From: Neophaeotheca triangularis | Lineage: Eukaryota | Length of the DNA stretch: 36,799 nt | Direction of reading: 5' to 3' | Assembly: GCA_054600435.1 (NCBI GenBank) | Contig: BAAIJX010000054.1 | Location: forward strand, 124,001 to 160,799 | Shown: positions 24,790 to 35,000 of the stretch, in pieces | Numbering within the stretch: the first letter of the stretch is position 1 | Layout: every line of letters starts with the position of its first letter | The notes under the pieces: model-generated | Seen by the model: the letters and a program-made list of their open reading frames with translations, nothing else | What the model was told of the DNA's origin: nothing | Database searches by the model: none | Made by a program: the position numbers and the translations under genes

Positions 24790-26303
24790 AATCAGGAATG
24801 AGAGCGCTGGCGGAAGGGATGTTGTTCGCGATCGGGGGTCTCCGGTGCGGCTCTGCGTGTGGTGTGATTGCTCGGGCGTGAGGTTGGACTTGACTCGGAA
24901 ACGGGGCTTCGAGGGCCGTGTCACTTCAGCACCTGTGGCTTGGCTTAGCCTAGCGAGAGCGTCCTGTAGCACCGACTACTCCCACTGCTGCTGTGCACAG
25001 AGTAGTAGTGAAGCCACGTGCCGATATTCACTGCAACACATGTGTGTGTAGGTGAGCTCTCAGTAGACGGCAAAAAGGCCTGTCTTGTGAGTTTTTGGGG
25101 TTGAGAACATGCGCCTTTTGGTGAGGTGCTGGATGGACGGGAGTCGTGGGAGTAGGTATGTAAGTGGACGGGATGGGAGGCGTCAAGTTGCGACGCCAGA
25201 AGGTACGACTGTCTGGAGGGGTAAGCCAAGCCGCTAGTGAGAATCTGCTAACTCGAAGAGGTAACTATCGTTGCCGCATACATGCACGTGCAAAGAGATA
25301 TGATGTACCTACTTACATACATAATCATGGCATGGTCTGGAAGAAGAATCGACTAATCAGAAACCTGGAAACTCATGTGGGACATGCAAGTGTTCCTATC
25401 CAAGGAATGGTCCCGGGTGTCCACAAAGTATTGTGTACAACATCAATGCATCCAGGCGTCACAAGACTGATCCAGGGCAGCTTTGTGATCGGAGAGGCTG
25501 GATAAGGTAGGTAGATTCCCCCAATCCAAACAGCCACTACTAAGTACCTCATTCGTGCTCAGTCGCGAATCGATGGTATAGCACAGAGGGTTACCAATGG
25601 AAGTTCCTCACATCGTGTACAACTACCCCCGATAGAAGCGACGAATCCCACGTCAACAACCCTCCTTCGACAAGTCCATTGACCCACGTGATCTTCTCCT
25701 TGGACGATGAGGTGTTCCCTGCGACTCAAAATTAAAATTACCGCGAATGGATTGAGTACTGTCGTGGCCGTCAGAAAAACAATGACAGCGCCCCCGGTAC
25801 CTGCGCTAGCGCAACGTCAAGTTTCCCACAACTTATTTCAAGCCTCCAGAGCATCGTGAAACCCAACAGCTGACACCCGCTGCGGCGCTGACAGACAGAA
25901 GCCCCCGCCCTAATCAGATCCGGCGCCGCTCCATGGCACGATCTCGGGAGGCGCTAGGGACTCCTCCAGCTTACAGTGCCTTGGGCTCGACGGGACATGT
26001 GAATTGACCTCATTCGCGGTGTCCATCGCGGACAGATTTCGCCAGAACGCTCGATCGATACAAGCTAGCTAGAGGAACGAGCTACGGGCTACGACGCTAA
26101 TAGTACTCTCGATAACGACGCCGGCAAATGATGGCAGCAGCAGTGGCAGCAGCGGAGTGATGTGGTATGGTACATCCCGAGCTTCTTTCCCACCGCGACA
26201 CCCGGTAGACAGGAAACCCGGGTAAAGCAGCAGAACCCCGTTCGAGCGGAAGGACAAACAGCGACCATCCACGCGAAGAGGCGCGAAACGCAACTCACTC
26301 ATT

Positions 26304-27995
26304 CTACGAACGAGCAGGCGCGTCCCCACCGCGCGGAGCACCGCGGCCCCTTCCACCGCGACCGCGGAATTCGCCTCCCTCGCCGCCACGGCCTCGTCCC
26401 CTGAAGCCACCGCGGCCGCGGCCGCGACCTCTGCCGTCTCCTCCATCGCCACGTCCGCCACGAGGTCCGCCCCTAGCGCCCCTGTGACGTCCGGAAACTT
26501 CGTGGAAACCGCCATCAGCAGCCCCGCGAGCACCAGCACCGGTATCCGCGGCACCGTCAGCCCAGCCATTGTTGTCGGCACTGTTGGGGATCGTAGTGGT
26601 TTCCTGGCCCCAACCGCCCGCTTCGCCTATGACTTTGGTGTCCCAGCTCTCGCCAGCCGTGTTGCCGGCCGCTCCAGTCTCGTAGCCAGTCGGCGCGACA
26701 ACGTCGTCAGCCCAGCTTGGGTTCCCTGTAGTTGTAGTGGACGGAGGAGCGGCATCGCTGGGGTTGTCGACTTCTTCGTTGGGACGCGGAACCATCTCGA
26801 ACCCTTCTTCGGTTGTGGCGGTCTCGGCGCCTGCGGCGGTGCCGGCGGCAGTGGTGTCCCAGCGGTCTCCGGCGGCGTTGCCTTGGCTGTCGTCGGCGGC
26901 TGCTTGGGAAGGATAGGCATCTTCAGTAGAGGCGACGCCGTTTGTTTGGGCAGATCGGTCCATTTCGGTCATGCCGGCGTTGACCAGAGTAGGGTCTGAG
27001 CCTGCGGGTACAGCGCCAGTTTCCTGGGTTTGCTGTTGGTTGGAGGACGCCGTGGCTTGGGCAACTGAGTCCACCCAGTCTTCCTCAGCTTGGAAGGGGG
27101 CATGATCCATGGATGCCTTCTTGATCTGAGCGTCTGGGCTCTGTTAGTTCAACTCTTCGTTCTTTGACCACCAGGTAGTTTGACGTACATGAAACCGCCA
27201 GAGCAGTGCCGTCGATGCTTGGTGCGTGCTCCTCACTGCCTTTGACGAGCTTGATAGCCGTGTCAACAGCCTTCTGATCACCACCGTACACCAGCAGCAG
27301 AATGCCCTCAAACACCTTGTTCTCGTCCTGCTCAGAGTCTTCCTCGACCGTACGCTTAGCTGCCGCAGCCCTCAAGAATTGGGAGAAAAGTAGAAGATGC
27401 CTCCTGACTTCCTTTGCATTGTTAGTCGCAGCCTGCTCCTTGACCTCAGCCGTCACTCTCTCCACCTCCTGTTGGTGCTGTGCTGTGAGTTCCTCACGCT
27501 GCTTGGCAAGCTGCGATTGGTATTCGGTGTCAACTTTGCGGTATTGCGTGACCTGATCCTCAAGCTGTGTGAGCTGAGCCTGAAGCTGAGGCTTCTTGAG
27601 AGCAGAAGCTCTTTGGTCGTTGTTGAGCTTGCGCGAGGCTACGAGGTCGTCTATGGAGGTGTTTGGGTTTTCGGCAATGATGGCGTCGATCTTTTGCATA
27701 GAGTTCTGTGGGTGTCGTTCTTAGCATGAGTAAATGGTGAGTTCTCTCGTCACGACAGACATACCAGCTTTTTGTTGATATTCCTCATGCTCTTCTGTAG
27801 CTCCTTGATATAGGGGCTCTCGAAGCTGCCATCCCCGTCCACCTTGTCACCCGAACTACTGTTCTCCTTGCTTGGCTCTTGTGGCAGAGCTGTTGCATCG
27901 CCTGCCGTAATCTTGCCAGCATCGGCCTTGCCCTTCTTCTTGCGCGCCGACTTGGACTCGCCCGTCACTTGGGGGTTCTCAATTGCGGCAGACAT
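26304..27995 (-). CDS. Conserved fungal coiled-coil protein with C-terminal RGG box (YAG7/Caprin-like putative RNA-binding protein); exons 27995-27765, 27705-27189, 27133-26304
   Basis: ESKSARKKK N-terminus; YIKELQKSMRNINKKL/NSMQK; LVASRKLNNDQ; LLLFSQFLRAAAAKR; FEGILLLVYGGD; acidic disordered region; RGG/RGRG repeats. Two canonical introns restore the frame. The family name is from recall. Confidence 0.78.
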
Positions 27996-28386
27996 TGCGC
28001 TGTGATTCTGAAGGGAACCTGGGCTTTTCTAGGTGGTAGCAATTTGATGGATGAGAAGAGGGGAAGAGTGTGAATACGACCGTTGAAGGTGGGGTTGTAG
28101 GTGAGTGTTGTAGGAAGAGGGAGAGTCGGTAGATGAAAGGTATGGGCGTTTGTGAGCAGCGTGAGGCTTAAGCAACCCTTCAGAAGCATTGGATTGAGCT
28201 TACGGGAGCTCCAGACTTCGGTCCGAGCCCGACACCGAATTCCATCTGATAAGATCTCTGGACCAAGCTCCCAATCTCCACGTACCGTACCGTCATTCTC
28301 AACACTCTCACTTGCTGTTGCTTCCACTTCGAATCTCATGAACAGTACCACCATAATCACCAAACGTGACGTACTCAGCTAGCAAT

Positions 28387-29817
28387 ATGGGGGATTCACA
28401 GAACACGGCGCTGGCTAAGCGCTCGCGCGACGAGTCGATGTTGATGCCGCCACCGCCACCCACGAAACGCATCAAGCGCCCAGCACAAGTCCTGGATGAA
28501 GACATGTACTCCCAAGCCGTATCCGATATCACCCAAAGAGACTATTTCCCCGAGTTGCCGGAGTTGAAATTGCAGAACGAGTTATTGGCGGCACTACACA
28601 GTGGCAACAGAGAACGCAGAAGACAGGCGACCCGGGACCTTATCAACGCAATGACTCCCAGAGCTGGAAGACCGTCTGTTAGTGGCACCGCTTTCACCAC
28701 TCCAAAAGGGAGCAGGTTTGGATCGACTCCTGCAGGCTACCCCCGCTCCGATGCCGACTTTGCGCCAGAAGGGCTGTCAACGAGGCCAAATATCGATGAC
28801 TTATCGCTGGAACGCTTCGTGCAGTTGTTCACCTCGGAGGACAATGAAAGCGTCTATCGTGTGTTCGACAAGCAGAACGCAGAACATTTTCAGAACAATG
28901 CGTTCTACCACACCGGGAATCAGATCCCCTCAAAGCAGCTAGTAGCGTCAAGGGCAGCCGAGCAAAAGATGATCGGAAACGGAGATGGATCGTCCGGCAC
29001 TTTGATCAAGCACTCTAGTTCGCATCCAAACATGGCGCCCCCTCCAAGACCGTCGCAGGATCTCTCCACCAGACCAGCATCCCTTGACAACTTCCCAAAT
29101 ACCCAAGGAGCCAAGAACCATTTCTTCTTCGGGCCTGAAGGTCTCGAAGATCGCATAGTCACAGTTGCACAACAGGCGGAGGAGCGCTCGAAGGCTCCGC
29201 CCAAAGCCATCGATCGGGCCTCTACTCGCTTTCATCCCACGATCGACGCTGCACCAGCTGCACCTTCCAGCCCCACCATGAGCGCAGTCGACGCCGCAAT
29301 CGCAGGCCGACCCAAGCCCACATCATCTGAAGCAGGAAATGGAGGCGAGACACCGCGCGTCAATGGCTACGCATTCGTGGATTCTGAACCCACCCCGCAA
29401 GAGCTAGGGATAGGTATACCCGTAACGGACGAAGAGGCCGACGCTGCAGAAGAGGAAGCAGCCATGAAATTTTTGCCCCCACTCGACGACTCCGGTCCGA
29501 ACCCTTTCAAGATCAACAACCGCGGCAAACGTGATGAGACTCTCGGTAGGGTTGTGGAGAAGATCGATGCGGGCAAGAGGGAGAGCGGGAAGGGAGGGAG
29601 ATTGGCGCAATTGCAGAGTCTGGGGATCACGCCCGGTGGGAAGACGCCCACGCCGAGTTTTGCGAGCGCGAGAGGAATGGTGAAAGGGAAGGGTTTGACG
29701 CCTGCAGCAAGAAGTTTGGCGGAGAGGATAGGAACGCCGAGGAAGGGGAGCAATATGGCTGTGTTCGGCGACAAGAAGAAGCAGGGAGGATGGACTCCTA
29801 CTCCGCGCAGGAAGTAG
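28387..29817 (+). CDS. Nuclear splicing factor ESS2/DGCR14 (Es2 family), intronless
   Basis: LMPPPPPTKRIKRPAQVLDEDMY...I.QRDYFP.L, LSLERF...FTSEDNES, ETPRVNGYAFVD, NPFKI and LTPAARSL are Es2-family hallmarks. The first ATG is at 28387. Confidence 0.85.
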   Translation: MGDSQNTALAKRSRDESMLMPPPPPTKRIKRPAQVLDEDMYSQAVSDITQRDYFPELPELKLQNELLAALHSGNRERRRQATRDLINAMTPRAGRPSVSGTAFTTPKGSRFGSTPAGYPRSDADFAPEGLSTRPNIDDLSLERFVQLFTSEDNESVYRVFDKQNAEHFQNNAFYHTGNQIPSKQLVASRAAEQKMIGNGDGSSGTLIKHSSSHPNMAPPPRPSQDLSTRPASLDNFPNTQGAKNHFFFGPEGLEDRIVTVAQQAEERSKAPPKAIDRASTRFHPTIDAAPAAPSSPTMSAVDAAIAGRPKPTSSEAGNGGETPRVNGYAFVDSEPTPQELGIGIPVTDEEADAAEEEAAMKFLPPLDDSGPNPFKINNRGKRDETLGRVVEKIDAGKRESGKGGRLAQLQSLGITPGGKTPTPSFASARGMVKGKGLTPAARSLAERIGTPRKGSNMAVFGDKKKQGGWTPTPRRK

Positions 29818-30281
29818 GGTGAGGACGCAACCGTGGCAGGGGGAATCGTATGAACCGCCGCTTTTCGACCGGCCCCCGGAGGAAACGGCAAAGGCAGTTA
29901 TTTCGTGGGGGATTTGAAATCACTTTAGTCGGGTAACCACACCTCTGCAAGGAATAGGATGGGAGTCACACGATAGAAACGAAAGGTTCGGCGTATATTT
30001 CTGCCGACATGGAGGGCAAAGAGCAGGCACGTTAGCAGGGGCCAACACTGCTGCATGACGAGAAACGAAAGCACAGCGAAAGATTCGCTAGCCGGCAAAA
30101 GATACCCCAAGCAAACCGCTTCCCGGAAGCTTTCCCTTGCAGCTTTATGAAAATTTCAAAGGAGACGCCCCGCCCCACCCACATCACATTCCGCACCTCC
30201 AGCGGTGGTACAGCGGGCCTTTTTACTCTAGTATTGTCGCCAGTCTATATAGTTCAAGATTCCTTGCCGCCCTCCAGCAAT

Positions 30282-30368
30282 GGCCGCGTGGCCCAATGGC
30301 AAGGCGCTTGACTACGATTCCATCAAATTGGCATCAAGAGATTCCAGGTTCGACCCCTGGCGTGGTCA
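30282..30368 (+). tRNA. tRNA-Arg(ACG), with 15-nt intron at 30318-30332
   Basis: Acceptor stem GGCCGCG/CGTGGTC, A-box TGGCCCAATGG, anticodon stem CTTGA/TCAAG with loop CT-ACG-A|intron|A, T-arm CCAGG-TTCGACC-CCTGG. Confidence 0.93.
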
Positions 30369-30397
30369 TTTCTTCACATCATCTTCTTTTCATCACT

Positions 30398-30483
30398 GGC
30401 CGCGTGGCCCAATGGTAAGGCGCTTGACTACGATTTCATTAATTGGAATCAAGAGATTCCAGGTTCGACCCCTGGCGTGGTCA
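30398..30483 (+). tRNA. tRNA-Arg(ACG), second copy, with 14-nt intron
   Basis: Same cloverleaf as the first copy with one D-loop difference (C/T); intron tttcattaattgga; followed by TTTCTTTTT and further T-runs (Pol III terminator). Confidence 0.93.
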
Positions 30484-30904
30484 TTTCTTTTTGAATTTTT
30501 TTGTCTGTGTTGCATGCAGTACTGGCTAAAGATGTAGACCGAATACCTTAGCTTTCATGTTTACCTGTAGACAATAATCGCTAGTGACGCTACATAATCT
30601 TGCGTGAATTCTTTTGGTTGTCCGCCGCTTGCCAGCACCAACAGAACATCATTACCTTAGTATACATGTGCTCTGAACTAGTTATCATTTCCGCTACCTG
30701 CAAAGTCAAGCTCGCGAAGCTACAGTACAGTACTCTTTTTCTAAACACCTGAACATACGGACCCTGTCACATCGCCTTCCGAGTCCACCAATACTAAACA
30801 CACGATCAACACCAAACCCTCCAGCAAATCCTTTTCAAACTAGCACCAAGGACAAAGTCCACCGAGCGCAGCCCCAAAACCCACCAAAAGCACCAACCTC
30901 AAGC

Positions 30905-31483
30905 ATGACCACCGACATCTCCCTCCCCAACGCCACAACAAACACAACCCAAACCCCAACACCCGCGACCAACCAAGAACCCACCCCAAACCCGTCCAAC
31001 TCTCAAACCAACAAACGACAAAACCCGAACCCGGCCATCAACAAACCCCAACGCCAACGCCAACACGCAAGTCAAAACCAAAACCAAAACCAAAACCAAA
31101 ACCAACCCCAACCCCAAAAAACCCTCCGCAACCCCCCCTTCACCTACCTAAACCTCCAATACCTGCGCCCCACCACCACTACCACAACCACCACGACCCA
31201 ACCCCCAAACCCCCACCTCGACGCCCTAACCACCCACCTCACCCTCCAAACCGCTCTAACCCGTTTCCTAGGCCTCCACGGCTCGGCAATAGCCGTGGAC
31301 ATTTTGGCGCTCGAAGCGACGCGGGGCGAGGTCTGGGTCAGAGTGGGAGCGATGGACCGGGGGGCTTTTGTAGCGGCGGTGGGGGGCTGGGTTGGGAAGA
31401 GCGGGGAGGGGTGGCGGGTTAAGGGGTGGGAATCTTGGGGGGTTGGGGGGGCTGGGGAGGGCGGGCGGGGGTTGTTTGATTGA
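30905..31483 (+). CDS. pop8: RNase P/MRP subunit Pop8-like protein with a low-complexity N-terminus
   Basis: TLRNPPFTYLNLQ...LDALTTHLTLQTALTRFLGLHGSAIAVDIL...VWVRV...DRGAFVAAVGGW...WRVKG matches the Pezizomycotina Pop8 pattern (recalled, not searched). Confidence 0.75.
   Translation: MTTDISLPNATTNTTQTPTPATNQEPTPNPSNSQTNKRQNPNPAINKPQRQRQHASQNQNQNQNQNQPQPQKTLRNPPFTYLNLQYLRPTTTTTTTTTQPPNPHLDALTTHLTLQTALTRFLGLHGSAIAVDILALEATRGEVWVRVGAMDRGAFVAAVGGWVGKSGEGWRVKGWESWGVGGAGEGGRGLFD
31073..31102 (+). repeat. (CAAAAC)5 coding hexamer repeat encoding (QN)5 in pop8
   Basis: Five perfect CAAAAC units read directly from the sequence. Confidence 0.9.
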
Positions 31484-31940
31484 GGGAGGGGGGGTGAAAG
31501 CACGGGAGCGGGGGGAGGGGAAGGGGAATGGCACGGAATGGGAGCATCTGGTTCCAGTGGATTGACGGTCGGTAGGGCTGTTGTTGGCTAGCTAGGTAGC
31601 TTTTTAATTGTCGGTACTGATACAGAGGGTAGCTTTGCTAGCATGGGCAGGCTACTATGCGGATTACGCTATGCTAAGCAGGACGCTCGCCAGCTTTCAA
31701 AGAGTAGATGCCGCAGCGACGTCTTTGGGTTGGGGTTTTTTTAGACATCTCCAAAAAGGAGCGAGATGCCTGCTCTGGAAAGCCATGACCAGAGGGGAAA
31801 AGAAAAGCATCAATCCTGCAGCGCAAGCCCACCAGATCCGATCAACCGCCCCTCGAAATCGCTAGAACGCCAAGGGTATACTGTCCGCACTCTCTCCGCT
31901 CACTCACTGAATCACCACGCCCGGGGTGCGTTTACGAAGA

Positions 31941-34900
31941 TCACTCGCCGGCACCATCCATAGAGATACCCAACTGACGCATGCGGTCCGGGTTCATGCC
32001 GCCATAATTCTCCTTCTTACCCTGACGCTCGCCTTCCTCGCGGTCCCGATCGGGCGTGTTGGTGAAAGGTGGCGTGGCCGTTTGCATGGGCTGCTCGAGA
32101 CCGTTGCTCAGATCCGAGCTGTGGAGGGTGTTAGTGGCGTTGCTCAGAGGACGACGACGACGGCGCGGCGGACATCTGTCCTTACGGTTGGGGTTTACTT
32201 GCCTTTTGGCAGCGGCGACTTGGCTTTTGCTCACGTCGCCGGCGGAGTTGTTTATGAAATCGAGGACTTGGTCTGGTTGTTGGGCTGAGGGATCGACGTC
32301 CATAGCGCCGAGGTTGGGATCGTCGTTTGGAGGGGGTGGAGGCGGGGGCGGTGCTGGCGGCGCTTCGACGGAGGATGTGCGTTGCTTCTTTGACAAGGCT
32401 TCCGCGTCTTCTCCATCGCTTTCGCGGGTGCGCTTGGAAATGGCAGGGCTGTCTTTGGCGTTGTCTTCGTCTTCGATTTCGTTCTCGGAGAGAATCACAT
32501 CGTCCTCCTCCTTGCCAGCCGAAGGAGAGCCGGCCGGCGTGGTACTGCGGTCGTTAGAAGGCTTGTGAGATGTGCCCTTCTTCTTATCACGCTCCTGCTG
32601 CTTCTCGACAGCCTTATCAAAGTACTCCTGCACTGCCTTCTTCACGCCCTTCGCCTGCTTGTCGCTAATCCTCGAAGGGTCTTCAACGCGACCTCGCTTG
32701 AAATCGGAATTGACCAGCTTCTTGCTCATATCCTTGGCGAAGCGCTTGAGGTCATCTCTGGCTAGCTTGTGCTTGTACTTGTTGACCACGTGCTGAATAT
32801 GAGGCTGCAAGGTATTTTCGTAGAGCTTGCGCTTCTTGTCCTCTGACATGCTCTTCCACTTTGGTTCCTTCTCTTGCTTCACCGGCGTTTCCACCGGCGT
32901 AGCGCTTGCCGAAGGCTGTTTGGCGGGTTCGGACTTGGTGGAGACGATGTTCTTGATGAGATCCTGAAGAGCTTGCTGATCGGAAATGGCCTTCGGAGGG
33001 GGAGGCGGGGGTGCTCTAGCAGCTGGAATTGTAGGTCTGACCCATGTGGTAGTACCACCTGCGTTGTAATAGTAAGTTGAACCATTCGCGGCAGTGGCTT
33101 CAAACCAACCCGGGGGTAAAGCACCACCTGGTGGAGGTGGAGGTCGGAAGCGCGGCGGCCCTCGAGAACCGGCAAAGAAGGCAGATCCACGCGGCCTGTC
33201 ACTGCTGCGAGGACCCGTAGGTGCATGGGCGCGGTCGGGGGATTTTGACTTGGATCTTGACCTCCTCGGCGATTTTGAGCGACGCCTTTCTCCTTCACGC
33301 CTGTCGAGTTTCCGGTCGGGGACGGCATTAGGGTCGCGTTTCATGCGTGGTATACGATACGCCACTTCGAGCTTGCTCCAGTCTTCAAGCAAACGCTTCG
33401 ACTGAGCAGCAACCCTATCATCCTCGTTTGTGGTAAGCTTCTCCACGGTGCCTTCAATCTTCGAATCCTGAATCTTGTTGCGGGTAAGGCGCGGCAGCTT
33501 GTAGAGGATGTCCAAGACCTGCAGAACGACGTTGACGTCTTCCGTCCAAGTGGTGAGGGCGGTGTTCAAAATTTGGTAACCGTGCATCTTGACGACCCTG
33601 TTCCTGACCTTTTCGTCTTCGGCGCGTTGAAGACGACTCAGCAGCTTCACAGCAATCCATTTCTCCTTGCACTGCATAAGGGTGGCCATGACTTTGGTGA
33701 CGCCAGACTCCTCGAGACCCTTAGGCTCGACGTTATTGACGTACTCTTCGTCATCCTCGCCCATCTTCTTCTTGCGCGGCTTCTTCGCGACTGCGGTATC
33801 CCAGGCATCGGCATCATCGATACCAAGCGCCTCGATGGTCGCATGAGATAGCTTGGTCGCACGTTCGGTCTGCGTTTTGCCACCGATGTAGCCAGTGCAA
33901 TTAGGTTCGTCGCAATAGCAAGGCTGAGGATCCGCGCCGTATCTGTCGACGTTGTAATTGAAAACCAGCTCCTCTCCAGCTTGAATCTTGCGCTCGGCGA
34001 ATATGCCCATCCGCAGCTTGTCACCGACCACCCATTTATCGACATAGCAGTTCGGGTTGCAAGAGTGATTGCAGAAACGACCAAGGTTTCCTCGTTTGGT
34101 GGCGTCGACGAATTCCCCTTTGGAAAGCGACATGAAGTAAAAGTGCTTGATCCCCTCCTGATCATAGTGCTGCATGCGCCTGCGGAAGGATTGTTCGCCG
34201 ATAACTTCGCCAATGTACTCGAAGATGAAGTCGTTTGCTTTGAGATCAACGTTGGCTCGTAAACCATGACCTTTCTTTTCTGTTTTGATGATCGTGACGT
34301 TGGCGTAGGCTTTGCGCTGGAAGCGTTGATTCTGGCAAGCGGTTCCACAGCCGCAATCGCCGACACATTCCATTTTCGTGGCGCGATTGATACAGTCTGA
34401 GTCTTCATCACAGGCGATATTTGTTCGCGTCGAGGCATCTGCATCTCGTAGTTAGCATATCACTTCCTAGACTTGCGAGAGAGTTGGGGTTATGGGACGT
34501 GGCAACTTACCCCACTCCTCAGCGCAATCGCACTCGAGCGCGGTCTCGGTGGTGCCCAAGTACTTGTTCGCATAGGTGCATTGTGAAATGACCTCAAAGG
34601 TAGAAACGGCTTCCTCGGTGCGGTCATCGTAGTCAAGGAATAGTGGCGGAGGCCTTTTTTCAACCTTGTGTGATGTGCTGCGGGTGAGCTTGGGTGCCTT
34701 GCCCGGCTCCTGCTTCAGTATGATATCGCCGCCAACAGTCTCTTCATCTTCGTCGACGGACAGAGCAGGAGACTCTTCGATGTTTTCAGGCTTCACCGAT
34801 GACCTCGACGAGCCGCCGGTGGCTTTGGGTGTACTCGTGCCATTGCGCGACAGCCCCTGGGAGCGCGAGCGCTCCTTCTTCACGGCGTCTGCACCCTCGG

Positions 34901-35000
34901 GAGTATCCATGTCCATGTCACTGGCCTCCTCTTTGATGTGCATGTCCCGTACGTCCGACTCGATTTCCCCCTGTTTGTTGTCGGTGGGCTCGTCGGCCAT
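31941..35000 (-). CDS. set2: Histone H3K36 methyltransferase Set2; exons 35000-34511 and 34438-31941
   Basis: AWS domain (CDC...[17 protein letters not shown]...CQNQRFQ), SET domain ([16 protein letters not shown]), post-[15 protein letters not shown] domain (LPPGW...YYYN...TTWVRP) and SRI-like C-terminal domain. Intron 34510-34439 is GTAAGT...CTAAC...CAG. Confidence 0.95.

Noticed and set aside
30282..30483. Direct repeat resembling a CRISPR-like or mobile-element repeat, and ORFs 30137-30418 and 30280-30537
   Set aside because: Fully explained by two tRNA-Arg genes; the ORFs are spurious.
30282..31483. tRNA genes next to the tRNA-processing subunit Pop8 as a functional cluster
   Set aside because: tRNA genes are dispersed through fungal genomes and use a different polymerase; adjacency alone is not evidence.
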